From NCBI GenBank assembly GCA_040954595.2, contig CM082592.2:6004308-6068307 (forward strand): a stretch of DNA of 64,000 nt, written 5' to 3'. Of the stretch, positions 40,346 to 54,500 are shown one piece after another. The position numbers and the translations under genes are program-made. Source of the DNA: Balanoglossus misakiensis (lineage: Eukaryota > Animalia > Hemichordata). The notes beneath the pieces are model-generated. The model worked only from the letters and a program-made list of their open reading frames with translations, was not told the DNA's origin and searched no databases. Within the stretch, counting starts at the first letter, position 1. Each line of letters opens with the position of its first letter.

Positions 40346-42028
40346 AATGACAACAATTGAGAGCAGAGCAAATGCTTCCCAGGTACAACTGAAATAGACC
40401 TTCGCCACTCTGCAGAGGGGAAGGTTAATTAATTAGCTACAACTGATGTAGAATAACTGACAACGAGAAAATTGAAAACGCTTGCCAGTTATAGAATACT
40501 TGACAAAACAGCCAGTCAGAGCAGTGTTAGTGGAACTGCTTGCCAACTGAACCAAGTATGGATATAGCAGGCAAACAGCATATTAAAAGAGGAAAAGGCG
40601 AACTAGCTACAACCAATATAGAATAACCACATGCTACAATATCATGAAAGGGCATTCATTGTGAAATTACTATCATTTACATCAATTGAATTTCAAAAAT
40701 CAAAATGGGGTTGTGTGTTTACTCCAGAGAGTTAATATCTCCAATCATGAAAAGTTTAAAACCGACAATGTCTATTCACCGATGCATGGGTTTGCCCAAG
40801 TTGGCCAGAAGGGTCCATGACCCAAATTATGTGCAGGTTTTTTGAACACAAACTTTTATCTACTTCTTTGAGCACAATCAAAATGTGTATTTTATAATCT
40901 CATGAATGCAAGTATGGAATACAGGGTATATGGACTCTATATTGTAAAGAGATACACAATCACTTCTGATTTACATATGTGCATGTATGGTTTGGGTCTG
41001 TAGGTACGTCTTGAGTCAGTACCCTTCATAAGGGTAAGGGGTATTTTGAGACAAAGATGGGATGTTATTCCTAACTTTTAAAGGAACTTTTTTTACAGCA
41101 AACAAGTTAGAAAACATTGCTTTGATTATGCTGAGAGTACTATTATACAATCATGAATCGCAAATTCAGTAGGCAGTAAATCCGCGCACAAATTCAACTG
41201 GTGTCTGTGTGTCATTTGACGGTTACTCTGCCATGTTTTATATGTTGTGTGCTGCTGTTGCCCGAAATTTGTGTTCGTAGGTCTGCTTAAAATGGACAAG
41301 CTGAAGATAACAATCACATACACCATACACACCCGCATTCACAGTTTAGTTTCAAGCTTTATTTTTTTTACACAAATACATGAAAACGATATACAACTGA
41401 CTCACTTCTGTCTACGCAAAACGGTGAAAAGGATTCTGATATAGTAAGTGTGTGGTTGGGTCTGTGTTTGGTCCAGTTGGACATTATCACTCGGTAACTT
41501 CCCCATTAAAATATATAATAGAAATTACTGCTATCTGCCTAAGAAACTCCGTAGGCGAAAAACTTAAAAGTGCAATCCCATTTGATCTAAATGGCACAGT
41601 CCTGTCGATTTTGTGATGGTAGGCAATACCATATGAGAAGTAAGGGGGGTGTCAATGGGCAATACCATTCAAAAGCAATGAGGGGTAATGGAGTCAATGG
41701 GAATAAACTAATATGATAAAAAATGTACCCCCCCCCCAATCCAACCACATTCTTTCATGAGAACATATAGATAAAACTGTCATTTGAGTCGCAAAGCTCT
41801 AAGTACACGTTTATTTTATGAATGATCTAGACATTTTATTTTATAACAAGTTTGAAAGCAGTGGCATTTTGTTTTTTTCCATGAATTGGAAGTTACACAC
41901 AAAACTGGTAGATTTTCCAGAAACTTGTGTTCATAGTCCCATATGTCCATGTATGTACAAGTACTTGCAAACCGTGGGGTTCGCAATCAATATATATTAA
42001 TGCAAAGAGTCATCTTTTTTGGGAGATT

Positions 42029-43650
42029 TTAAAATTTCTTGATTTTGATGCTTTTGCGGAGACCCATACACTCGACGTCGTCGATCTGGATGGTGTTGGC
42101 TTTGATTCCGATGTCTTCTTCCAGGGTCAGCTGGTTGCGGATCAGACCCTTCAGCTCGTCCTCGGCCTGCGCCAGGGTGAGGGAGAGCCTGTCGATATGC
42201 GTTTCGATCTCCCCGACTTCCTTGATGAGGCGGTATTGCACGGGGTCGCGACACAGTTCAACGTTGGGCCGGTTCGTTCGCTCGACCAGGCGGGTCTGGG
42301 AAAGTTGCATGGGGCCTGCTTTCTGGTCGATGCCTTTCTGGAGTTTGTCGATGTTCTGTTCCATCTCCAGTATCTCCCCTTGGACCTGAAAATAGGTCAA
42401 TTGTAAATTTACTTTCAAACACTGATTATGAACAACACGATTAGTTTCTGTGTGATATGGAAACAATTCGCTGATATTCTGTTTGCGTGCCACCTTGCAA
42501 TTTTACTAACAAATGATATACCCATGTGATAAGTTTTTTCTGGTAACATAAAGGAAAATTTCTGCTTGATAAATTTTCACATCAGTACACATCATCTCAC
42601 ACAGTCTTGGCGCAAGACCAGGTAACACTCTCCACTCACCTTGGAAAGATGGTCTTCAAGTTTCCCTTTGGTGTCTTTCGTTTCGGAAATCCTCTTGTCG
42701 AACGCCAAGTTGGTGTCGTCGACCTGCCTCTGCATATCGTCCGCCGTCTGAATGATGATTGCGTCGATCATGCTGCGGAGGTTGATGCTGGCGTTCTTCT
42801 CGCGTTCCGCCTTCTCAATGTTCTTGTTGGAGAACTCCTGCCAGTTGTCAGGGGTGACTGAACTGTGGATGAGACAAGGAAGGAATTGTCCATTATTATG
42901 GAGAAATCTTATCAACACTTACAGGTAGGTCTTGCTTGTTCTGCTGTTGGAGTGTATATAGTCTTCGGTCTGTATAGAGGAGACTGGAGAGATGGCTACA
43001 GACATTTAACCCTTGGATGTATATCTGTTCTGTACCAGAAATACACCTTTTACTCCTAACCCAAACTGATCGGATAGAAATGTCTGGTAGGTAAATGTAC
43101 AGGCAAACTGTCTTGATACGGATCACTGTAAAGTTTAACCCTTCCACAACCATGGTTTGGTCCATATTGATTGTTTTCTATGGTAAAGTTGGACCTCTAC
43201 ATAGAAGAATGGGGTGAAAGGGTTAATAAGCACCCAACACTCAGGTTTTGAATAGGTACAATATAGTGGAGCCTAATCCAGATGTAAAAACCACAATGAC
43301 TTACTTTGCCTCGATTTTAGCAGATCCTTCACTGTAATGGATTCCTGGAGTTTGGTCCTTGAGTTCAGCGCACCCTTCATCGATGTCCTTAGCTCGGAAC
43401 TTATCTTTGAGGTCTTTCTCTAGGTAATATCTAGCCGATTTGTTCCTACGGATTTGTTCAATGGTTTGGTCTAACGTCTTCTGCAACAGCGCCATCACTC
43501 CTTTGATTGTTTCCACTTCTTTGAAGAGATTTTTCTGGACGTCGTCGTGGACTAAATCAATGGCCTGCCTTCTCTCCCTGTTTTATTTCAGAGGGAAAAA
43601 AAGCAAACATGTTTACTCGTATTTTAACATGTTTGCTTAATGGAAAAATA

Positions 43651-43707
<57 letters not shown>

Positions 43708-44344
43708 TTGATGACGATGATGATGGTGATGATGATGATGATGATGATGATGACGGGGATGGTGGTGATGATGGTGGTTCCACTACTATCATGATTTGAA
43801 CTTACCTGTTCACAAGACACTGTTGAGCGATAGCCAGTGGTTCATTACATGCTTCCAGTGCGTTTTCCAGCCGTGTCTTATAAGCAATCAACGTATCATT
43901 TTCTTTGGCAATGTCATCTAGTTTGTGGTCTAATTCGTCTTTCCAGAAGTTAATGTCATGTATTCTTTGCTCTGTTGAGTAATAAAATGAATGCCACTTG
44001 TGAATATCACAAAGTTGACAGAGCCAAACACTGCTCATGAATGAATTGGATTGGGTCCAGACATTTATCAAGGACTCAATGAATTAGATGTATGTAACTG
44101 TGCTATAATAACCCTATCTGAGGTAAAGCACTTGAAGCTGTGAGGAATACTTACCAAACTTCTTCTGTACATCACGTTGTGTTTTCCTGGTTTGTTTTTC
44201 TGTCTCGTCCAGTAGCCTGTCACTCTCGGCTTTCAGTCGTTCAGCGCTGGCTCTCTGTTTCTCTGCGCTGTCATAGTTGGAGTGGTTTGATAGGACCCAC
44301 TCTTCTCTTGTGAATCTGGTTGGCGCTGCGATCAACTTGGCCAT
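42029..44344 (-). CDS. TEKT1: Tektin-1 (ciliary/flagellar axonemal filament protein), 5 coding exons, ~402 aa
   Basis: Exons (-): 44155-44344 (MAKLIAAPTRFTREEW.., TEKT1-type N-terminus), 43806-43971, 43305-43577, 42640-42862, 42029-42385 (tektin signature RPNVELCRD). Confidence 0.93.
43651..43775. repeat. (GAT)n microsatellite in TEKT1 intron 2
   Basis: Long pure and then degenerate GAT tandem array. Confidence 0.95.
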
Positions 44345-45087
44345 TGTGTGGTCTTTGAGGAAATGGGAAAGGAAAGTTTTCAACCACTTTAGTCAGATCC
44401 ATGGAATGATGGAACTACCTCTGTAGTAGATCCATTGACAAAACACATACACATTGTATTTGAGCATAATCAGCACTCAATATTATAGATACAAGTTATA
44501 TTATAACATTAATGATAAACATCAGGAACTGCCATCGTCTGGGAATTATCAATGGCTTCATGAAATATAATGTTAGTGACTTATAATAAACATGTGTAAA
44601 CAACACATTGACACATTTGTGACTTGTGTGTTTGTTGTGTATGATCCGCCATCTTGACTTACAGTGCGTTGTCAATGGGCCATATTCTTAGATGTTGGTG
44701 ATGGAATATAACTTTAGGGGCTCAAAACAAAGCCTTCAATACAGTCTGTATAACGTTAGAACGAAATGCACAAATATTTTTTTTTAGATCGTCTGTTTTC
44801 ATTTGCTCTGCAGTCAAGCGACCTCACATCACAGTGTACATGCATCTCTGATTCTGAATGATCACGGAGTTATGTCAGTCGTGAGAGATATTTAACCATT
44901 CAGACAAATTTGATGTTGTGTGTATATAAGTAGTGTTTGATAATGTTTGGATTTTAACTTACCCGATACTTCTCGAGCTCAAAATTCAGGGTTAAACCGA
45001 CAGTCGGCGAAGGTATAACAGTGACCCTGTTGCTACTATGGGGATTCTGCAAGCAGAGTGTTTGGAAGGGAACGAACCATTGGCTGC

Positions 45088-45101
45088 GTTTACATAGCAA
45101 C
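45088..45101. promoter_or_regulatory. RFX X-box-like palindrome upstream of TEKT1, in the region shared with SLC25A1
   Basis: GTTTACATAGCAAC next to an inverted CCAAT box (ATTGG, 45079). A second X-box-like GTTGCTATGGAGGAC lies at 45333. RFX factors are known regulators of ciliary genes. Confidence 0.5.
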
Positions 45102-45578
45102 GCCAGCAAATATACAAAACAACAGCAATGGGGTGTGACACACCCATGAATGCAAAACGATATGTCAGTTACAGGCAAGTGGATCGAGTGAATCACTAGC
45201 AGCACTTAAATGCTAAGGTTTAATACACATTTAAACATTTTTTTATCAGAATAACTATTTAAATGCAATGGGAATCTATCGGTCTCTTCACGTTTGCCCC
45301 TTTTTCATTAGTGGTTTCGTCGAGAGATGAGTGTTGCTATGGAGGACATCGACCAAATCGATTGGTGTTTCCCCTTCACGTGACTACGAAATTTTTGTTC
45401 TCATGGTTTCTCGAACACATCAAGATCGCGCGATAGTATTCAAATCTGACCTGGTTTTGACCCTCAGCCCCCAGCAAGCCAATATATTTACTGCTGCTGT
45501 TGCCGAGCTAGCGAGGATTGAGGTGGCGACACTGTGCAGTCGATCTGCTGTGTTCTGAACAGGTTTTACCATAACAAA

Positions 45579-48500
45579 ATGACAGCTAAACCGTTACCAA
45601 AAGAGTCCGTGCCGTTCAGGGACCCCTTCGGCAAGCCGCGATCGCAAGCAGTTGCCGCTGGAGCAACTCCTCCGACCCATCCTCTGAAGGGGATTCTTGC
45701 AGGTAGGTGTGTGTGCGTACGTGCCACGGAAAAAAAACGACAGTAGTTTGTTTAATATATGTTTCAAGTCTCTCCTGCATTTGCAAGAGTTACTGGCGTC
45801 GTAATGTGACGTCCGTCTCTCTTCATTTGTTTCGAGAGACGTAGTTGTAAATGTTTTAATTGAAGTTGTAAAATCTGGCAGCAGACAGCGAAAAGATTCG
45901 TCTGCCAACTCATTTCTCTGCACGTCTGTGGAAATTTCCGCCGAAATTACCAAGAAACGCTCAATTTTTGACACATTTACTAACATAGTCATACTCGTGT
46001 AATTCACGACTACGAAACCACGATGCTTTTTATTAAAAGCGGCATCTTTTCCAAATAAATGGTAGTTTTTCGAAACGAGCAGTCGAAAAATGAATGACCT
46101 TCTGATGTCGACCTCAGTCAATAATTATGACGCAATGTACTTGTTTATCCATTGGCCAGACCCGGGGGTGTGGTCCCAACACTGAACTCCTATTGGTGTA
46201 TTGTGTATCGCCATATTGTGAACTGGTGCAGGACAATCAATTGGGAATCCCTATATGTATTAACGCGAAAGGTCAAAGATTTTCTGCACTTTCTGCTTTT
46301 CACGAACCCGGACTTTGCATTCACCAGTACAGTACCCGGGCTGTCAGTGTAAACGATATCACTAATGTAAACAACGTCGGGTGATAACGTTTAAAAGTGC
46401 CACGTGTGATAGGTGGGTCATTCCACCCTGTAATTATTAGCTTGGCCCTTGGCCCAAGAAAACAAACATGTCCTGGTCAGTCTAAATTAGTCTGAAACCT
46501 CTGTAACAACGTGACCTTCATGGGCATATCGTCCAATAGTGCTTTTCAGTTCTGTCTTCAAAGCCACGTCAACTGTCTTGATAAATCTTTAATAAAGGAA
46601 AAACAAAATTATAATGTAACAATAACAACTAGTTAACACAAAAGATTTGCATGTGAAAGTGTGTACACAAATGCCAATCCTGATTTACAATTAATGATTG
46701 TTTGTGATTAAGCATATAATAGACTCTTAATTCAACATGCATAAATATGTGGTTTTAGCTGAATTAATACAGGTGTCGGTCTAACCACAGTTTAGCAGTA
46801 CGGGTATTGATGTTTGGCAGTGGCAAAAGCCCAAGGTTCAACTGCGGATTAATTTGTAAACTATGAAGGGTCAGTCAATCCGCAATGTGCTGCTACCTGC
46901 AGCTATTGCAGATTCCGGCTGCAAATTGCAGGTACATCATTCATCAGAGGCCAGGTCAATAATATCAGGGCAGAGCAGCTTTTGAAAATTTAGCATCCAC
47001 TCAAACACCGGAATATGGTTTCACAGACAGATACTTGGGAAGGCACTGCACAGTACTCAAGTTTCATGTTCTCCCTCACAAGGCCACTTGGATCAAATAA
47101 CACTGCCTGGCTGGTTGACATTTGATTTACTTTTTAATGTCACATCGTACTGACATTTAAATATGTTTGTGAAATGACATATATAAAAATGTTGCATAAA
47201 TCCCATATTTGCTGTGGTGTTCATGACACTCCCCATTTGAAATTTAAACTACAAATATAGTACATATTCATGATATTAAAACCAGACATGCACTATGAAA
47301 TGTCAATAGTTACATTATATTATGTCACTATCAAAAACCCTAGAAAACAATGGACTGTGATTGATAAAAATTACACTGGAATACGCTGATATTTGTTGTC
47401 ACTGATATTTATAATATACCATCTGTCACCAGGTAACAAATGTCACTGAATATTTAACATTAGTCGGGGTGAGCAAATTATTTTGGTACAGATCTCACAA
47501 TCTTAATATCTCTGGAGTCAACCAAATTATCAAAATTTGTTTAACTGGATGATGAAATGTGGTGCTGAAATCAGTACTGCCATCAATTTAGTCCCAGCCC
47601 GCATTAATTGATAAGGCACACAGAGTTGTGGACTTTGATCCCTGGACATGTTAAAGTTCAGGGCTTCTTCTGCATGGTATGATAATTACGAGTGACTCAG
47701 TCATTGAATCAGAAAATTGAATTGAATCAAGTTGATATGAACAGCCTCGCAGGAGGAACTAAAGTGTTCTTGAAAATTCTAACAAATGTCCAGTTTGGGC
47801 CATGATAGAAATTGTGAATCCATTGTAAGCCCTTGCTTCATAATGGAGTTGAATCTGAACATGTTTATGTAACAGTGTTATGTCAGACTACATAAAATTG
47901 CAGGAAACGTGATTTCCCATATAAATTTCATGTCCAGAACAAATATTCAGTAATTGCTGCTAAGCTTAATGCAATTAACTGAATTAATCCATGGTAGCCA
48001 TACCAATGATTAAATTAAATTTGTTTTCAAAGAAAAGGAAGTACATATGCAATGGAATTTTCATTTGCAAAATATTTTAGTCTTGAGATTATCAATAGTT
48101 TGCCCTTTCCAAATTTTCAATTTTATTGGGTTTCAGTCGAAAAAAAAATATTTGAAAGACATAGCTCTATTGGGGACTAAGTTCAATTAATATAATCATC
48201 TTCACAATGCGGTTTTCAATAATCTTCATAGTAAATGAATTGACTAGATAGATTATTCTTGCTTCAGGGTGTATGATTTCAGTGAAGATCAAATACTAAA
48301 GAATTTACACAACCATAATAATCCAATCAGACCCAGAGTTTGGAAGAGTCATCATTAACATAGTCGGAGTATGCAGTTGAGATGAGCAAGTAAAAGCATG
48401 AAATTTTTTTCCTGATGAATCTGGGGAGATGAATTTTTGGGAGAAAACAGGAGCCAAAAGTAATTGAACAGCTAATAATAGAGTATCAATAAATTAGTGT

Positions 48501-51500
48501 GAAGGACAGTGTTTGTGAACCACTAGAGCAGGATATAAAAAATGTTGCTTGGAAATGTAAAACAGGATGTGACCTTGCAGTGGTAGGAGCTTGCCATTGT
48601 TGAAGTCAAGTGACCGCGCTCTCGTACCAGGATTTTACAGTTGTTGTCCGTCGTCGCCAGCCAACAAATGAATGTCAGTTGCGCTGTATACACAAATTCA
48701 GGATACAAATGTAAATTTCAGGATCCACTCCAGGATGTAATACTGAAAATGTTTTTCGAATTTTTTCGTCCATTGCACGTGTGTCAACACCTAACCTGCC
48801 TCTGCTTATAAAACTGACAAGCAGATTACGTGATGCTTGATTTTCTGATTGCCTGCCACGGTCGTAAATTTCACTGCCATGAACTCTTTCTGAGAAATGG
48901 CTCAGGAGGTACAAATATTGCTGTGAAATGATTTAGGGGAGATGACCTGCTTTCAGAGTGATCGTGGACGGCTGTCTCCCCAAACCTCTGGTGCCAGCGT
49001 TGTAATTGGGATAGTGAATTTGTACCAGTTGACCTCAACTAGTCTACAGCTAATAAAAAAGGTGACTTTCACCAGCAAAAATTAGAATGTTTTCTATTAT
49101 AAACCAGCATTGTAGTGTCATTTTTAGAGCAAGAGAATTGTAATGATGGTCCTTGCACTCCGCAGAGATATTTGAATTGATAACAATTGCATTGAATATA
49201 GTACACATAGCTATTCATTGATAATGTCAGAGTTTAACCTCCAGTCACCCGGACTCACCCTTGGACAGAGAGGTCACTTTTGTCTCAAGGTCACCTTCAA
49301 CTCTACACAGCGGGTAGTGTGTTGCCATGTAAACAGTATACACAAGTTGTGTTGTATTTTAATGTAGTAAATATGTAAAACCAGCCCTTTCTTGCCAGTG
49401 GTGAACATTGTAACTAGCTGAATATCCAGTTGTGTATTAATTCCCCATTTTTTTCCATCATTGCTATTACAGGTGGCATAGCTGGTGGTTTGGAAGTGTG
49501 CATCACATATCCCACTGAGTATGTCAAAACACAGCTCCAGCTGGATGAGAGATCGGCAAAGCCTTTGTACAGAGGGCCCACGGATTGCATAAAGTACACA
49601 TGGAGAAACTACGGATACTTTGGTTTTTATCGGGGTCTCAGTGTACTTATATATGGCTCGGTTCCCAAGGCAGCAGTCAGGTGGGTAAATGGCATGTCAG
49701 TTCTCGCAAAGTAATATGGATAAGTGCACTGCGCTGATTAAATGGTTGATAGTCCGATCAAATTTAGTCACTCTGTATTACTACTGGATGTAAGCTACTC
49801 GCATGGATTAATAATTTTAGATTCCGTCATGGAGTGAAACCGTTCTCAATCTGAGAAATTACAGCAGTCTTTGTCTCTGTTCAGGGTTTTTCTCAGAGTC
49901 TCTATATTCTATTACATTTGATTTATTGCTTTTTCATCGTTAAATATCATACAAATGATCCCCCAACAGGTTTGGTGCAAACGAGTTTCTCAAAAATAAA
50001 TGGAGACATCACAACAATGGTAAGATCAGTAAACTCGGCAGTGTGTTCTGTGGTCTTGGAGCCGGAGTCTCAGAGGCCATTCTTGCCGTAACCCCCATGG
50101 AAACAATCAAAGTCAAGTTCATCAATGACCAAACGCTCAAAAATCCACGATACAAGGGATTTTTCCATGGAGTCCGACTCATTGTGAAAGAACACGGTGA
50201 GTAAAGTTGGTTTTCCGTAATCTCACATGTATGAATCTAAGAACAGATACTATAGATGCTAGAGATGTAGTCAATCACAGATTTCGGGGGGATCATATTT
50301 TAACCGTAAATGGGAATATTTAAATTAGAAGCAACTGTGTATACCTGTAAATTCTTCTCTCAAAGAGAAGCAAACATTTGGAAAACATTCGTGGTGGTAT
50401 TGTCTGTGTGTGTGTGTGGGGGGGGGGGGGGGTTACAATGCAACAGAGCCAATCAGAAAGGCTGTCTCATGATGACAATAATAGTAAACGTACGCTGTCG
50501 CTGTATTTAAGGCTGCAGTTTTCCTAGAATAGTCCGGCAGAGCTTGCGTAGCATCGTGGAGCGGCGTTAAAAGCTTTGGCTCGCGAGAGTGATCAATTTC
50601 TGGCACACGATGATGATATGCAAAGTACGCAAAGACCCATAAGGCACATTTCTGTTATGGGCAGGTCTCCACGGCGTATATCAGGGCGTGACGGCGACTA
50701 TTCTGAAACAAGGCAGCAATCAAGCCATCCGATTCTTGGTGATGGACACGGCGAGGGCGCACTACAGGCAGAAGTACAACATCCCCGAGCACAAGGCTCT
50801 CAATCCGGTCATCACAGGATTGATGGGTGGCTTTGCTGGGGCGTGTTCGGTGTTTGGCAACACTCCCATCGATGTCGTCAAAACGAGAATGCAGGTAAAG
50901 TACACTATTATTAGATAACAAGTCTTGGAGCAATAGCCTGGTGGACTAGAGGATATATAGCTCGACTGTTAACAGTATTGTCGATTGATTTCTGATGCAG
51001 GCAAAATTCACATCTGTGGAAGATTGCATTCTATGCTGTCCACATAGCTGCAACACCCTTCACTATATCAAGTCTGTACCTTTGATACATTGCAGTGTTG
51101 AAAATGATGACAGTTTCAGGACATGTCCTGCTGTAGCCTGGAGACGCATGCAACCACTGTTAAACATCAATGATTGTATTTTCATTTCCAGGGTCTTGAA
51201 GCAAGCAAGTACAAAGGCACTCTCGATTGTGCTCTAAAGATAGCAAGACATGAAGGCCCTAAGGCGTAAGTATATTCACCATACTTTTTTTCCGACAAGG
51301 TCATCATCAGAATTCACTGTCAGAATAGACTGTCTAACCTACCAGCATGCAGGTTACTTTTACTTTGCCCAACTAAGTTCAAGGGAACTCAACAAATATA
51401 TTTGATTTTAATCATTTGACAGATTCTACAAGGGAACAGTACCAAGACTGACCAGAGTGTGTCTGGATGTTGCGCTGGTGTTTATACTCTACGATCAAGT

Positions 51501-51543
51501 ACTCACAGCTATCAATTACGTGGAGAGGAAAGTCAAAGGATAA
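45579..51543 (+). CDS. SLC25A1: Mitochondrial citrate/tricarboxylate carrier, 6 exons, ~327 aa
   Basis: Exons 45579-45702, 49473-49680 ([26 protein letters not shown]), 49970-50196 ([16 protein letters not shown]), 50665-50894 ([14 protein letters not shown]; [14 protein letters not shown]), 51192-51265, 51423-51543 ([20 protein letters not shown]). Three Px[DE]xxK carrier signatures. Confidence 0.96.
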
Positions 51544-54500
51544 TCTGCCTGGCTGGGTCTTCCTTCCAGTCGAGGCACTGAATTTTAGGTTTTTGTATTT
51601 TAAAAATAGCAGTCAGTCCCCCCATTCTCTGGATCTGGTTGTTGCAGATCTGAACCCTTCTTTTTGTCAGACTTGGGGTTGTTTACTACGTTTATGGCCT
51701 GGGAGGATGACACATTCACGTTCCTCAAGCAAACATGTGAATGACACAAGTTATACGGTAACCTTGAAGGGCACTTAGATGGTCTGAATAATTAGATACA
51801 GTGAACGGTGAAATAGAATGCGTCCAGACAGTTGAACTGGGACTTACAAGGTGCTTGGACAATACTCTACGTTGTTTGTTGACATACAACCCTTCTGTTG
51901 AAGATGGGCTCTCATTCTTCGCTGCCAACAGTTCGCGATACCCCCCTCACTCATGACAAACTTTGCCATTTTAAATTTAACCTGTCAAAAGGAACAGCGT
52001 TGCCATCATATGAGACATGGTTGTTTTTGTTTTCCATTGGGAACTGGCTTGTATGTTCTACTTATTGATATTTTTTTGAATAATTAATATTATCACTAGG
52101 TAGAACAATAGAACTTCTTACTGGGAACAAAAATGACTGAGTCGTAAAATGTCAAAAGCAAACGACCTCGTTCCGTTAAATTACTTTTGTGGAAGCAATG
52201 CGTTTGCCTTCTCAGCATGTGAATTTTGGAGAAATTGGCTTAATTTACTTTCACTATTGAATGATAGCAACTTTCCTTCAAATGAAGTAATTGTAATAAT
52301 GGTATGTTATACTGTGTTGACTTAAAAAAAACCCAGACTTACAGTATTGCATCATTGCAAGGATACTAACAGACCATTGACATGGTATATACGGTACCCT
52401 TTCGCTGCCATGTTTTTGGTTGACTCCCTTTGACACTGCAGTGGTATGGTTTGGTCCATATTATAGCAACCTGTTTCTGGATCAGTACTGAGAATTTCCA
52501 GAACTGGAAACCAAGCATTTGTGTATTCATATTAAAAACTTGACACACTTTCTCAGAGACTTACCATTTTTCATACAAAAGTAAGGTCCAAAACTCACTT
52601 GTTGTAGTGTATACAACTCTAATATTACCTTCAATATATTTTTCAAAATGTTATGTGTGTGTGAACATTGTTTTGTCAAGTGAGTGGACAACACCATTTT
52701 ATTTTTATGAGATAAAAAAAACAACAGATTTATAGAGTCGCAGCGCACACTTGACACAAAAGTCTGAAATACTAGTATATAGTTGTACAGTCTGACATAC
52801 TGCTTGACTACTTGTCAATGAGACAAACTGTTGTGAATTAACATTCATCGAAAGTGTTTTTGCTGTCAGCCTTTTAAGTGTTTTTTCTGCCTTTCATGAT
52901 AGTTTCGTTTACGGAATAAACAAACTTGTTTCTCTGGCTATAAGCAGCTCCTTTTATAACTCTGCGAGTGTCTTTTTTTTGCATATTAAAATTATGGAAA
53001 TTTTAGTTGTTTTTCGGAACTATGAATTTCTTCGTGTATGTGACCAGGCTGGGCAGCTTTTCTTTAGGGCGTAAATGTTTTGATTTTATTTAATTGTTAT
53101 GTAACTTTTATGGACTGCTTGCTTTATCTCCGCACAAATTTTTTGAATGAATATGAAATCGCTTTCTTCTTTTACTATTATTTGATTTTAAATCAAGCAA
53201 TAAAATGAACAGGACTGTCCTGTTGTAAAATTATCTTTAGTACAGACAGACATACATCCATACATGTACAGGCATCGCAGATTGAGTAATTGCATTGCGA
53301 ATAATGGAATATTGTTGGGAGGCATTTAGCAGTTAGATATCTTGATATCAGTTGTCATAGTTCAATTTCATGTCCACGAGCCAAACTCTTATTGTACTTT
53401 AAGGTTGCAAAACTAACATCTCGTGAAAAAAAAATATATCTTTTTGTGAAAACTAGAATGTGTAGCTTTGGGTGTTGGTTACATGATGCAGTTCCGTTTT
53501 GCCGATACAGGCTTCTCTGTTGACCTTTCTTCTGATGTGGGAAGTTCTGAAGACTGGTTCACGAACCTGATATTCCAAACACGGAATTTTCATTGTTACT
53601 TTATGATGACCAGAATCTTTGTGAGTGATTTAAAAAATGTGCCTGTCACAAAAGAGTAGACCAAATCAACAGAAAACTGATATGCAATGTACACACTGGC
53701 ATATCAGTAAAAGATGACCAAACTTTGTAAGGCTAAATGATGCTGGAGGGCGCTGTTACAGTGATTTTTGTCTTGTCACATCTGTCTTCCAGGACCAATG
53801 AACACTGACATAGCCATGTATTACTCTTGCATTTGTTAAAACAGGCTTATTTTCAGCTGAACTACAATGTGACTATGACTTCATGGATATGGCCAGCAGA
53901 GTTGTATTTGCCCAACATATGTCATACTGGTACATGAATATAACAGACTTTTCATGGAATGTTTTTTTGGCATTTTTTCTCTGTACATAGCAATAGCATG
54001 TGGCTACTGAACTGATTTGGTCTCCTGTAGTGGAATTACGGTATCATTTTAGCGAAAGATGTGTCTTATCTGGGAAGTGTGGTAATTTGTCAGTAGTAGG
54101 AGTCTACTGCTTGGTGGGGTTTAGAATGTTTTATGTGAAAATAAACTATGGTGAATTTGTGAGAGAAATATGGTCTCTGTGTGTGGGTCAGTCGACGTCA
54201 ACTTTGTAACTTCATTAGAAAGTTTTAGCGCCCTCTGTGGCAATTGCTGCAAATCCACAGCAAATTGAGCGCCCTCTACAGTCAGTGTCACTAACGTTGA
54301 TGGAACAAGTCCTATCTCAGGACTTGGATAATTAACAAAACAAATACTTCTTACTTGCATTCACATTCCACAGAAAAGAACACTACATGTGAATTAAAAG
54401 TATTGATAGAATTTATTGCAGTGCATCAAAAAGTGTATTAAAACCTGTCATATTGCAAATATATCAATTTTGGATTTAAAATTTTGTTATCAACAAAACT

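Noticed and set aside
43557-43820. Poly-Asp/Met and poly-Ser/Ile ORFs
   Set aside because: Translations of the intronic (GAT)n microsatellite.
45594-46121. 175-aa minus-strand ORF
   Set aside because: Antisense to SLC25A1 exon 1 and intron 1, with no motif or coding-like composition.
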